Shown here in pieces: positions 28,011 to 45,015 of a DNA stretch of 64,000 nucleotides. Position 1 is the stretch's first letter. Each line of letters begins with the position of its first letter. The notes beneath the pieces are model-generated. The model saw nothing but the letters and a program-made list of their open reading frames with translations. It did no database searches and was not told the origin of the DNA. This DNA is from the human T2T-CHM13v2.0 reference genome, Homo sapiens, in assembly GCF_009914755.1 (NCBI RefSeq), contig NC_060943.1. The stretch is one strand, 5' to 3'. Made by a program: the position numbers and the translations under genes.

Positions 28011-29479
28011 AAGTGTGCCCTCTCCTCCTCTCTGCCAAAGGCATCCCCAGACCTCTCAACTACCAAGGAGGGGAGGTGACAGAAGCTGAAGCTGGCAGAG
28101 GGCAGCTCAAGTCAGAAAGCAGGGCTGGAGTCCAGCAGCCAGGCCCAGGCCCAGCTCCACTGCCCTCTAAGCGGCATGGCCTTGGGTGGATGAGTGAGCC
28201 TCTCTGAGCCTCAGTTTTCTCTTCTGGAAAAATGGGGCCGTGAAGTCCCACTGGCCAGGCTGCGATGACACCAGGAAAAGCTAGGACAAGTTCATTCCCC
28301 CACTCCTCTCATGATTCCTCCCCTCCAAATGAAAAGCCATTTCATTTGCTTCCCACTCTCCAAATGAAAAACCATGACCTTGTCACCTGCTGCTCCTAAT
28401 CCCCAGGTGGCTTCTAAAGCCAACAGTGACAAGCAGAGGGAAGAGCAGGCTGCCTTCATCTTCCCCTCCGAGACCAGACCACAAGGGTGACCGAGAAGGA
28501 AAGATGGAGCTTATCCCATGGAGACAAGCCACTTCTACAAGTCCAGGGATTTGTCTGAGATAATAAAGGAATGGGGCTGGGGATCCCATCAGGGCAATTC
28601 AGAAACCCTGGTGAAAAGAAGGGCCGCTGTCACCACAGTGGCCCACCAGGCCAGGGGGAAGCTGTGCCCACACCTTCCAGAAAAGATGGGCTCTGTGCTG
28701 CGGCCCTGAGGGGCTTGCCCTGGGCCCTGGGCAGCATAACAATGCATCTGGCCCCTCTGAAGCCAGGGCTGTGCTGTCACTGCTGGCCAGGGCAGGGAGG
28801 GCTGGCTCCCCAAATGCAGGGCCTGGTGCTCCAACTTGGGTGGAAAACAGAGACCCTGAACTGGGAGTGAGCTGCCGCACTTGGGAGGAGAGAGTGACAT
28901 GAACATGGTGTACTCTCAACCTCTGACCCATACCGGCAACCCGACAGGCAAGGCACGCAGAACGACTGCAGCCAGACGGCCCCACACTCCACAGACGCCT
29001 GGAAGGGAGGCGTGTGTCCAGCTGTCTCCACCTGGACTCCCAAGGCTCAGTTGGCCCTGCCTCAGGCCCTGCCCCAGAAGTGCCCAGCTCCCTAACAGGG
29101 GCTAGGGAAGAAAGTGGCCTACAGGCCCACCAGCAACCCCATCCCTTTCTCATGGCCCGGGAAAGGCCTGCTGGGTCACTGACCACTCCTCATAGCTCTT
29201 TGCTCTCTTGTCTGCACACACAGATGTCCACCAGTGGGGACAATCCTGAAGACAATTGAAAGGTGATCTAACCTACGAGGGCACAGTAAAGTGAGTTCAT
29301 GGCCTCTTGTCCCAAGCAGGTAGACAGAAACAACAATCAGTACCAGAAATCCATCCAAGGACAGGCAGGTCCACACAGACCAGAGGCCCCCAAGATATCT
29401 CCAGGTCTTTCTCCCTTATTCCAACCTCACTCCTCCTCTCCACTGCCCAGAGTGAATCGCCACAAAAAAAAGTTTCTGT

Positions 29480-30053
<574 letters not shown>

Positions 30054-32189
30054 AGAAGTTAATTTCTGATTCCCACTCTCTGCCCTCCCCTCCCCCTCCC
30101 CACCTGTGCTGATGACAGACCCCACTGTCCAGCCTTCTGGGCTCTGACCAGGTGGGGCATCTTCCTGTCTCTGCCTTCAGAGCTTGGGAGGCCCCACCCG
30201 TACCTGAGCTGGAGCCTCACCTTCCTCCACTTCCCTAGCCGGGTGGCATCTGGACAACTCTACCCTGTACCTCTAGGCAGATGTGATCTCAGAACCACCA
30301 TGTGCCCAGGATTTGAGAGTTGAAAAAGACAGCAAGGCAGAAGTCCAGGGCATATGGCTGGCGCTAACTCAATCAAGGTGTGGGCTATAACATGTTAGGC
30401 CCTGGGAACTCATCAGCCAAGGAGACAGATGTGGCCCTGCCCATTCAGAGCCCCTGGGCACAAATGTTGGAGTAGACAAAAACTAGAGTGACACAGGGAC
30501 CCCTGGCAGGGCTGTTCTAACTGCCAAGGGTTAGGGACCACTGAGCCGAGAGCCGAGAGCAGAAGTGCAGGAGGCGAGCTGACCCCAGGAGACTGCAGGC
30601 CTTGTGGGGTGGTCTGTGGAGGAGTGGGGAGGGTCAGTGTCTGGCATGACAAGGCTCGGGAGCATCTGGGGGAGGGCCTGGCCCCACGTGCACATCACCA
30701 GCACCCTGGGCTGCTGGGGTGTGGAGAGGAACTGGCAACAGCAGCAAAAAGCCCAAGCAGGAGTTGGTGGGCCCCACCATTCCCACCCACTCACTCGCAT
30801 CCCCATCAGGGAGGGCACAACACCCACCCAGCTGCCCTGAGTAGCACAGCTTGCAACTTCCTTGCTTCAGGCGTCAGGAGGACCCTAAAGGCTTCTTGGA
30901 AGCAGCGCCCCGCATGAGGGTGCCCAGCTCCCACTGCAGCTGAAGGAGGAGGGCCGAGAGCCTGCGGAGACAGGGCTGGTAGGCAGAGTGACAGGCGGCA
31001 GTGGCTGCCCCACTGAGGAGAAGAGGAGGAGCCACAAGCCCTGGCTGAGTGAGCAGAAGCCAGTCCCCCTGCCCCCTGTACGAGTGGCCACTCTGGGGCA
31101 GTATGCACTGCAGTGGAGGGATGGGGAGGCAGGCAGGTCCCACGCGCCTCAGCTTCCCAATACTGACCAAGACCTGGGCTGTAGGGGAGACTTGGACATG
31201 GACAGCGCCAGCCAGGGCAGGCCCACTGAGGCCTCTTCTGATCTTACCTTGGACTATGAGGCTTAGGGTGGAGGGCTGAGGAGCAGGCTCCCGCCACATG
31301 GGCCTGAAAGGGGCTAGCCTCCGTGAGCCCCTACCCTACCTGCTCCACACAGTGGGCGTTTGGAGGTGATGTGGGAGGTTTATATGGGGACTGCAGAGGG
31401 CGTGGAGATGCAGGCACAGTGCCACCGACACTCCACTCGGTCCCCACAACCTCCCGGACAGATGGGGTTACTCCCTCCTTATGGATGGGGAAACTGAGGC
31501 TCAGGTGAGGCCATGGCTGCGCCCCACAAAAGCACCTTTCAGTACTACTGGGCCAAACATTAGAACTTGATACCAGAGCTGTGACGGCCATGCCTGAGTG
31601 TGTGGGCGTGGTTGTGAAAAGAGCCACCCGTGAGCCCCAAGAGGTGGCCGGGCCACTGCCTCATCCAGAAAACTCCCCTGCATGCAGGAAGAGCTCAAGG
31701 GCTGCTGTGCAGAGACACTGGGTGAGGAAAGAGCTCAAAATCTCCCTGAGGGATGACTCAGGAGACAGAGACCTGACCAGACTCAGCCTCACACTGCACC
31801 CAGAGTGCTTCCTCTACTTCCTGTGGTAACAGAGCCTGTCTTCCTGGGCTCGAGAATAAATAAAACCAGGTCAAGTGCAGGTAACAACTTTTTTTTTTTT
31901 TTACCTTATTAGAAACATATAGTTTGGCAGGAGCTACAGAGATCATGGGTTGGAGGCGTGGAGTAGGGTTGGGGTTTGGCACAAGTCCAGGCACAGGCCC
32001 TTCCCCAGTGTCCCCTGCCAGCAGGTGGGGCCAGCTCCAGGCTGCTGCTGTCCACTCAGGTGGTGCGGACTGGGGGAGGTCCTTGCCAAGGCCAGGCGGG
32101 TAGCACAGGAACCTGTGGCTGTGGCCCGTCATACCAAGTCTTCCACTATGGGCAAACATCACTTCAATAATATAAAAAATCCAGAAGGA

Positions 32190-32898
32190 AAAGTCTAGTC
32201 TGAAATGACAATGAGATACCACCACATGCTTATTAGAATGCCCAAAACTCAGAACAGACAGCACCAAGTGCTGGTGAGGACATGGGGCAACAGGAACCTC
32301 ATTCACTGCCGGTGGACATGCAAAATGGTGCGGCCTCAACAGATTCCTGAAAAACTAAACTAACATACTCTCACCATCCAATGCAATAATTGCACGCCTT
32401 GGTATTTGCCCAGAGGCACTGGAAACGTGCGTCCACATGAAAAATACTAATTACAGCAGCTTTATTTGTCATTGCCTAAACTCAGAAGCAAACAAGATGT
32501 CCTTCAGTAGATGAATGGATAAATAAACCATGTCACATCCAGACAACAGGATATAACAAGAAATGAGCTAGGAAACCATGCAAAGACATGAAGGGGCCTT
32601 AAAAGCATACGACTAAATCAGCCAGTCTAGAAAGGCTGCACACTGCACAGTTCCAACTACAGAACACGCTGGAGAAAAACAAAACTATGGAGACAGTAAG
32701 AGCATCGGTGGATGCCAGCGGGCAGAGGGGAGGAAGGGGATGAGTAGGTAGAGCTTGGAGGATTTTTGGGGCAGTGACATGACTGTGTGGCACTACCATG
32801 GTGGACATGTCATTATACATTTGTCTAAACCCACAGAATGTACAGCACCAAGAGTGTGTCCCAGTGGAAACTCAGGGCTCCAGATGATAAAGACGTCA
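32190..32898 (+). mobile_element. Old L1MC-like 3' end
   Basis: CAATGAGATACCAC, AGATGTCCTTCAGTAGATGAATGGATAAA and CATTATACATTTGTCTAAACCCACAGAATGTACA. Confidence 0.75.
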
Positions 32899-35805
<2,907 letters not shown>

Positions 35806-38800
35806 TCAACTGGCTGCTTGTGACATTTGAAATCTTACACACAGAATCCAGTTTTCTCCAGGCAGGACCTGGCACAGCTTTGTTCCCAGAGAGTCCATTC
35901 TCACAAAAGGAGAGACGGGAACTGGGAGGTTCCCTCAAGGAAGCAGCTGTGTGTTGGGGCCGATGGAGAGGTCGACTGGTCCCCTGGGAAGGTCGGCATA
36001 ACACTGGTGCCCTGCAACCTCTTGGCGAGCTCTCCCTGTGCCAGGCCCCGGGCAGCATGGCAGAGGGTGGTCTTGGGCTGGAACATACCATTGTGCAAAA
36101 TAGCTCTGGGAACTGTCAGGGGCCATACAAAGCTCACTATTTTTCAACTCAAAAACACTGCTTTAGCTTTTTAATACGTCACTGAGGTACACTGAAGCAT
36201 ACCCAAGACTCTCAAAAACAGCCTAATACAGTTTGAGTGCTTCAAAAAATACCAGCCAATTTGCACACAGATCACACTCAGGAAAGTGAACACATGGCGG
36301 CTGCTCGCCAAATTCAACTCCACAGAGTTGACTCTGTGACTCCACAGAGCAGAACCTGCAGGGAAGCAGGCCAACCTCCAACCACCGAACTTGGGCCAAA
36401 ACTCACAGCAGGAGAGGCAATGCCGTCCCATCCCAAGCATGTGGGCGCACACCCAGGAGAAGAACGAGCGGGCCACGACACTGTTCTCGCCAGCTATGCC
36501 TGTGGGCAGCAAGCAGCACACCTCCAGGGGCCACGTAGACAACCTGTGACACAGTGAACCCCACTCCACGCCAAACCACCCAATGGGAAACAGTGGTGAG
36601 CACAGCCATGGACCACAGAGAGTAACGCAAGTGGGCAAAACACATGAGAAGCCACCAAGCAGACCCGGATGAGAGCAATACTGTGTGTGCCCAGCACCAA
36701 CACCAAATTAAGAGGAATCAAAAACCCTGCTGAGCGAGAGAACGTGGGAAAGGGCCTGGGATGGGCCCACTGTTGGCGAGGAGGGGCCCACGCCTCAACA
36801 ATGAGGCGGACCCTCCAACGTGCCTCACACTTCAAGGCAGCTCTTCCAGGCCAGCCGGGGCCTTGGAGTGAGGGGCCACTGGCAGAAGGGAGCAAGACAC
36901 TGGTCCACGGCACAGCCAGCTCAGAGCCAGGCGGATGAGACGGGGGCCAAGCCAGGGGCCGGCTACTCACGAGTGCACACGAGGACAGCCAGGATTCACT
37001 AGGACAGGATCTGCCCAATCCCAGGCACTTCCCACTGGTCCATCTGACACACCTGGGGGCCCAAGAGGTGATGGCATCACATAAAAGCAAAAGAAACTTG
37101 AAACCACCAATCCAGGCAAATTCGGACTCTCCCACAAATGGTCCATCCTTGGGGAGCATCTCCCCCACATCCTCAACCTCCAGCTACGTGTCTGCGGGTG
37201 GGCAGGAAGGAGGGGAGGCAGCATGGGCACCAGTGACCAGGACAGCCCTTTCCAAAAGAAGGCCCTGAACACAGTCAAGAGGAAGAGGAAGAAACACTGG
37301 GGCCTGGCGGGCAGGTCCTGGGGCCTCATGAGGGTGGTTTGGGGTCAGAAGACACACGATCAGGAACCAGGCGTCACCCCCAGAGGCTGCTGGAGTGCGT
37401 CCCACAGAGGCATGAGCAGCACCTGGCATGGGGACAAGGAGCTTACAGCAAGTGGGAGGTGCTCTGGTGCTCTACGCTAAGCTGCCTGGTGCCCCACAGC
37501 TCCACGGGGCAGGAGCACCCGGGAGGCTCCTACCACCACAGCCAGATAGCCCATTGAGGACGCACACCCCCAGTCCAGCACCCAGAGGTGAATGAAGGAT
37601 TCCAGGACAGCAAGGGAGACACATGACCACCCTAGGGTGGACCATGGAACAGCTGTGGGTACACAAAGGCTCCCTGGAGCCATCATCCGTGGAGAGCACC
37701 AACTACGTCTTCTGAGTTGTGGGCAGGCCAGGAGGGGAGGGAGGTGTCCCAGGTGAGGGCCAGGCCTGTGGTGACTGTGCCTCGCAGTGGGCAGGGCTGC
37801 CAGAACCCAGCAGTGAGCTCACCTTAGTCAATTCTGCCAGCGGGCACCCCCACCACCAGGGAAATCCTGCAACCAGCCGCATCAGGAGCAGACGTTTATA
37901 ACTAAAAGATCAAATATCCCCAACCACAAAAGTCCCAGTAATCCACACATGGGACTTCCCAAAATCCCATCTCTGAGAGATGACAACTGAAGAAGCCGAG
38001 GAGGAAGAGACGGTGTTTAAATGAGAGAGAGGGCCCAATGACAACGGACACCAGACACCTGCCACTTGTCATGTTGCAGATGCCAGGAGGAGGAGTGGGA
38101 ACACGGGGTGGCAGCATGGGTTAGTGTTCTGCAAAGAAACCCAATGACCTTCCTGTTTTTGCTTCTGAGACAACTTAGGGAAGGAGTTTTGGGCCATCAA
38201 TGCGGAATCCAAAAGCCCCTGTCTTGGGAAACCACGGGGCCACCTGGCCGGGTGTGCCAATGCCCAGCAGAGCTTCGGTTATTAACAGGGCAGGCCAGCG
38301 CTCCAGGCAGGCAGCTCGGCACTTCCAGTGGCTGCACACCCACCACACACAGGCACAGGGCTGGGAGGCACTGCTCGGCTCCCTGGGCCCTGCCAGAGTG
38401 GCTCCCTATCACTTGCTTATTTTATAAAGTGGCACTTTACAGCTGGTTTAATGTGGTAAAACAGGAACCTGGCTTAAAAAGAAAAGGGAACTCGCACTGT
38501 GCCAGGCTGGCACCCAGCGCAGGGACATCCCTGTAAGCATCCGTGGTCTGGAGAGTGTCCAGTGGCACCGCCCGCCCAGCAGTCAGGGCCGCGGGTATCT
38601 TTATGGCATCTGGGAGGGAGCACCCCCACCCTGGGGTGATAAGTGGGATGAAAAGAAGGTGACAGAGTTTTTCTGTCTTATTTCTGGAAAAGGCAACTGG
38701 CAAAGCTGGAGAACAGCAAGGGAGTGAAGCAGACCCATAGGAGCGAGGGAGCCCCAGCAAGTGGGGGGCACGTCTGGCCAGGCTCTGAGGAACTGAGCTG

Positions 38801-40498
38801 CCCGTACTGGGAATCCCAGGCAGGATGTGGGCTCTTGGAGGTGATGGAACAGACAGAACAGGCTATTGCAGGACACACGTTCCTCCTCACCCGGCCCCAC
38901 CACATGTTCATCTAGTAACAGTTCACCAAGTGAGCTGATGTGGCCCCAGACACCCAGAGCTCAGGGTACGTGCAGAGCCACGGCTGCTGAGCACTCAGGG
39001 GCTGTGAGGAGATGTCTGAGCAGTGGTGGGAAGGGACGGGACCTGTTACTCTGGCCACCTGGAGCCAGCGGGAGTGGAGAATGGGCTGTTCCCAAGCACC
39101 CGCCTAGGGCTCAGAAACACCACCCTTCCTTGGGTCCTGCCGAGCTTCCCTCCTCAGGGAGCCTTCCCTGCTGCAGGCTGGATGAGGGCCCACGGGACTG
39201 TCACTCATCACTCCCGTTCAGAATGCACCTGGCTAACTGGAGTCACACGTGGGGGCCTGGCTGCTGCCTGGCCAAGGTTAAGGACACACACTCTGGCCAG
39301 ACGCTAGGTCTGACCCCACTCCTATCCATGTGGACAACCCGCTCACTCACATCCCCCCGCCTGATCCAAGGGGCTCACTGAAGCACTGACTCCTCGGCAT
39401 CCAGGGAGGCCTCGCCTGGTGGCTGCAGCGTGCAGAGGATCTGCGGGCTGTCACGGCGGATGCAGGGGTCAACTGTGCTGGCACCTCTGCTAAGCATGCA
39501 TCACTTCATTTTGGCCTCCTCAGCCACTTGTGCCAACAGGCCAGGGACGGCACAGAGAGGCTGGAGGGGTGAGGCTGAGGAGGAGGGGAGGTGGGCAAAG
39601 GGCATCTGTCAGCCATCTACCTAAGGGTGTGCTCACTGACGCACAGAGGCCACTCCTGCTCTGTTTTTCCAAAGCAATCTGTGACTCTCGGGATTACCCA
39701 CATCTCAAGTCACATCCTGATTGAAATCCATGACGCGTGGCTTGCTTTGCTAAATTTCCCCTACATTTTCTACAGAGCTCAGCATTCTTCAACTCCCATC
39801 TGAAATTGCCATGTACATCTCATCCCTGTCACGTTCATCTCTGCCTGGGAGGAAGGGGAAGTGGCTACAGACTCCAGAACCTGCAGCCTGGGTCCGGTCA
39901 TCAGAGCAGTGATGCTCTCTGTCATTGGTCAGCAGAGGTTAGGCCCACCTGTCAGGCCTCAGAAGAGCCTGGCACCGCCCACAGGGTGGATCAACGGGTT
40001 AATAAGTCACAGCAGAAAACCTGAGGCTCGACTTTAAATAAACAGAACTCTCCCAGCTGCATCCCTGCCAAGGCCCGAGAGTGACACTGGCACATGAGCT
40101 ATATCTCCCCCCACCAACACACCCCATGGGCTGTCATGAGAAACACTGCATATACCAGAACCCATTTACTCTGGGACACTCTCCACGGAGCCCTGCCACC
40201 ACCTGTCCAGTGGACAGGGCCTGAGGGACACAAAGCCCCCACAGCCCTGAGCACCCGAGGAGCCACCTGGCCTGGGGATGTGTGATGCCTGCGCACAGGA
40301 GGCTCTCAGCCCACAGCTCCAGCAGAGGAAAAAACTCTTGCCTTGTGGAGACAACCCAGGCTTTGACTATTCTGGGCTGCCAGGGCTGTGGGAGCAGCAG
40401 GTCAAGGTTCAGGACATCTCACCCTCCTGCCATCATGGCCAAACCTCAGGCGACTGAGAACGATGGGCAACTTCTGTGTGCCAGAGGGCAGTGACATA

Positions 40499-41112
40499 CC
40501 AGGACATCAGGGGAACACAAGCCACTGTCCCGTAGCCCCCACTCCTCTCCCATCCTCTCCTCCCCTCCCCTCTCCTCTGTGGTGTGCTTTCTTCTGCATC
40601 TGCCACAGCTCACCCAACAGCAAATGCAATCCCAACTAGTTAGGCTCTTGTTAGGACTGAAGATAGCTTTTGCTATTCTTCTCTACTCAATTCTTCATCC
40701 TAAGGATGCTGTGGCCAGTCACACCCTCCCACGGGCAAGGGCACCCGGCAATAAGCCCCAGCTACTGCCATTACTCATCCCACTTCCCAGGCAGGCAGGA
40801 AGGCAGGTGTGCAGAGCACTGGGCAGGGCCATAGTACCTGTGCCACACACACACATGCTCTTCACCTCATCCAGAGTTTCCTAGGTTTTGGTGCTTCAAC
40901 AGCCCTCAGTAACGCAGGCTCCTTACTATGAGATAGCCTGGGAGAGAGCTGGGGTTTCTGTGATGGGAAAGGGCTAAGCCGGGAAAGGAAACAGTGTGTG
41001 ACTGGCGCCTTGCAAGCCACCTAAGGCACCAGGCACACACAGGGGAGGGGAGAAGAGGACGGGAGAGGAGTGGGGGCCACGGGATGCGGCTTGTGTTCCC
41101 CTGATGTCCTGG
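40499..41112. repeat. Inverted duplication (73/72-bp arms, 469-bp spacer), non-Alu
   Basis: 40499-40571 is the reverse complement of 41041-41112 apart from ~5 substitutions and 1 gap. Confidence 0.9.
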
Positions 41113-41805
41113 GACACAGCTCCCTGAACCCCAAAACACCCCACGGACAGGAAAGCAAAGTAAGGAGAGGTGAATGTGAGTTGCAGGAGGGGCTGCAGGC
41201 ACTGACCTGACCTCCCACCCACAGGATGACCCCACACAGCAGAGGGAGAAACTGAGGCCCAGAGGGTGGCACCACTGTACAGTCAGGTACCCCCACCCTG
41301 TGTCCTGCTCTGTACTACACAGACCACCCAGCACACATGTGGCCAATACCAGTGAGGCAAAGGTGGCAGCCTGGGCCCCCCATGCTGGCCCTCAGCCATC
41401 CCTGGGACAACAGTCTAGACACCCAGAAGCTCTGCACCTAGGCCCACTGACCCAGCCTCCCTCCAAGCCCTGGGTGCCCATGTGTGCCCAGGCTGCTGCC
41501 CCTGGCACTCAGGCCATGCCACACGCAGCAGCTGGGTCTGAAGCCTGGCTTGGAACCAGCCCCCCACAGTCAACATGGAGACAGCCCTGCTGGCACCGCC
41601 CCAGGCCTGGGCCCTGTCTCCCGCACCCTCCAGCGACCTGCCTGGGCCACCCTCAAGGTGCGCCTGCTCCTAAGCCGCCTCCCACAGTGGAGGGACACCC
41701 GGGCTGCTTCAGAGCAGACTGTGGCAAGTTACCCTCTCCCCCAGGGGGAAAGGGATCCAAAGCTCCTGTGCCTCTGGGGTGCAGCATCAGCCCAGACTTC
41801 TGCTC

Positions 41806-42095
41806 GGCTGGGTGCCATGGCTCACGCCTGTAAGCCCAGCACATTGGGAGGCCAAGGCAGGAAGTTCGTTTGAGGTCAGGGGTTTGAGACCAGGCTGAGC
41901 AACACAGGGAGACTCTGTCTCCATATAAATAAAAAATTAGCCAGGTGTGGTGCCACGCACTTGTAGTCCCAGCTATTTGGGAGGCTGAGGTAGGAGGATC
42001 ACTTGAGCCCGGGAGCCAAGGCTGCAGTGAGCTATGATCACACCACTGCACCCCAGCCTGGATGACAGAGCAAGACCTCGTCTGAAAAAACAAAA
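41806..42095 (+). mobile_element. AluJ-like
   Basis: Alu consensus. Confidence 0.85.
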
Positions 42096-43528
42096 GCAGA
42101 CTTCCGTTCAACAGCATGTGAACCTCACCTTGCACACCTAGGAGTTCGTTACCCTCCTCAGCTCAGAGATTAGAGGGAACTCTCCCCACAGAGATGCTAT
42201 GATCAGAGGGCCAGGGACCCTGTCTCATTGATCCTACGCTCTACGCCAGACATCGCCTCAGAATCCTTCTCAACACGGCTCCACTTCCTATCTACAAGGA
42301 GCTGGCCTACAAGATGGAAGCGATTCCTACATTATGGGGTCATGTGGCTCCAGGCACATGGCCCTCGACCAGTGGGAGCCTGTGCACAGGTAAGAGAGCC
42401 AGGGCAGCCTGGAGATGAGCTGGACACAGGCTGCCAGCACTGGCTGTCCCCTCCCACTTGCCAAATCCAGTGTGAGCTGAGCACATTTCACTGGAACAAG
42501 CAGGCGTCTGAGAGCATCCAACTCCAAAAATAGTGCCACCAGGAGAGGAAGGAACACGCTCTTCTAGCTGCACCCGCTCCCTGCCCTCAGATACCTCCCT
42601 GCACAGTCTGTGCCTGGCCTGTGGCAGTTCAAGGGTCACACCCAACTCTGAAAAGGGAGAGATAACATCCCCAGATAAGAAGAGTGAAAACAGGCCAAGT
42701 CTGCTGCCAGAGCCTGGCCACAGACCCACAGCCCCTTGGCAGAGAACTGCTCAGGAAGTCCTCCTCTGAGTCTTTCAAGCCACTGGTATCTAACAAAGAA
42801 TCTAATCTGCACACGGCACTTGCCCCGAGCTAAGAAAGTTCTGGAAGGGTCTCCTAGGTCTCCCCAGCCCAAGGTGAGCTTGCTTCTGTGGAGGGAGATG
42901 CCTGCCTGCCCATGTCCACCACCACTGCACACCAAGCCAGTCTGAAGCCACCATGATCTGGCTGTTGCTGGTTTATGGTGCACCTCCCCGCTGCGAAGAA
43001 GTGGGCCATGTGAGCGCAGGGGCTTCATCCCTCCTGCTTCTTACTGGAGAAACACTCCTGGAGGCAGCCGAACCCTCACTGGGTGCAATCCCTCTGTGTA
43101 GGAGATTGCACTGTGTAGGTTGTGCCCCGCCGAACAACCACGCAGCTGAGGCTCAGCTCAGAGACTGCATTCAGAGCCCAACTAGAATCAGACACAGGTT
43201 CTGCGGGCCCCACTACCCATCTGGAGGCAGACGCCTGACCCCCAGCTCCATCCCCAGAGATGAGGATGCAGCAGGCTGAGGCTGACTCCATGCGGCAGCT
43301 GCTCCCAACTCCACAAGGGACACACAAGCCAGCCCTTCCCATCCAGGCTGCACATGACTGTGTTTTGTTTCAAAGGTCACATACAGGTCACAAATAAAGA
43401 GGCCGGTTCCCACTGGAGGCTATGTCAGGATTGATGCAGTCCCTGAGAAAAACTCCCGGAAAACCCAGGGACTCCCATGCGGGCTGAGAAACATTTTGAG
43501 TTTGCATGAGATCAAAATAGGAGTCACA

Positions 43529-43712
43529 GCTGAGTGTGGTGGCTCACGCCTATAGCACTTTGGGAGGCCAAGGCGGGAGGATCACTTGAGGCCAGGAGTT
43601 AACAGACTGCAGTGAGCTATGATCACACCACTCCACTCCAGCCTGGACAGCACAGCAAGACCCTCTCTCTAAAAAATAAAAACAAAAATAGAATAAAATA
43701 AAATACAATACA
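43529..43712 (+). mobile_element. Monomeric / internally deleted Alu
   Basis: Left-arm start joined directly to a right-arm end and an A-rich tail. Confidence 0.7.
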
Positions 43713-44021
43713 AGAGTCAGCAGCCAGGAGGGTAGCCTGTCCCAGAGTGGATGCCCTCAGGTTCAAGGTTTGACATCATCTGCACTAACTGTGTGATCTC
43801 AAGTTAGCCATTATCTTCTAGATGTCCCATTAGTGAAATAAAGGGGCCAGAACAAAAGGACCCTCCAAAGTCTCAACTGGCCCTGGCCAACAGCAAGGCT
43901 TCACAGGGCTGCCTGGCACTGCACAGGGGCCTGGGAGCCCAAGGCCCGAGCCTGGCCCCACGACAGTGGTTCCATTAACACACCAACTCTTCCTGCCACA
44001 CACCCAGCTGGACACCCTAGA

Positions 44022-44234
44022 CCAGCGGCCAGCAAGCTTCTTTTATGAAGGGCCAAAGAGTTGGTATTTCAGGCTTTGTGAGCTAGACAGTTGCAGCCTT
44101 GGCTGCCGTCACAGGGCAAGAGCAGCCATAAATTACAGGTAAGCAAGTGGGCAGCTGTGTCCCTATAAAACTTTATTTACAAAGACAGGTGGCAGGCCAG
44201 ACCCAGCCCTTTGGCCACAGTTTACCAACACGCT
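44022..44234 (+). mobile_element. MER58A-like MITE
   Basis: AAGGGCCA...CAGGCTTTGTG...AGCAGCCATA...CCCTATAAAACTTTATTTACAAAGACAGG. Confidence 0.75.
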
Positions 44235-44935
44235 ATAGTCTCTAGGGTTGCTGCTGAAAAAGATCACACTACAGCCCACTCTGTCCGCGTCCTAACAAGG
44301 CAGCAAGCCTTGTTGTGGGGATAAGCAACTATAGCAGTGACCCTGGGCAGAGCCTATAGGCCTCAGTTTCCTTGAGGACACAAAAAGAGACCCTGTGAGT
44401 CACCTCTACCACTAATTCCATGGGGAAATGGAGCAAACATGAGGTGGACGCAGCCCAGGTTCCCCTCAAGATCTCGGGAATAATATTTCAGAGTAGCCGT
44501 GAGCAGGAGGCACCCACCAGGGCCCTTCCCCACAGCAGCCAGGTTGGAGGTCCTGTGAACCAGGCGCCCTGATGCAATCCAGCAGGCATCCTTATCACAG
44601 TGCCCACTGAGACCCTAAGGTCACTCCCTCCAGGTGTAGGGGCTACAAGATCCACAGCAGGAAGCTCATTGTACCCCGAAAAGTCACTGTTTTCAGAAAG
44701 GAAAAAGGAACTTCCCAACCCAGCTTACCCTCCTCAGGCCTGTGGGAGGAGACAAGGCCACCCCAAGCCCTTTGGGTTCCTGGTGGGGAGTCACCCTTCC
44801 GAAAGAAGGGCAATGTGATGGGGTGGCCGCCCCCACCCGGCCCCTTGGCCCACAGGCCCCCACTAATCAGCCTACCCTGGATAGAGGGGCCCAACCTAAG
44901 GTCTCCAGGGTGAACACAGATGGAGACACAGGCCA

Positions 44936-44950
44936 ATGCACGTGCGCGCG

Positions 44951-45013
<63 letters not shown>
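44936..45013. repeat. (CG)n-(CA)26 alternating purine-pyrimidine microsatellite
   Basis: ATGCACGTGCGCGCGCGCGCACATA then (CA)26 at 44961-45012. Confidence 0.95.
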
Positions 45014-45015
<2 letters not shown>

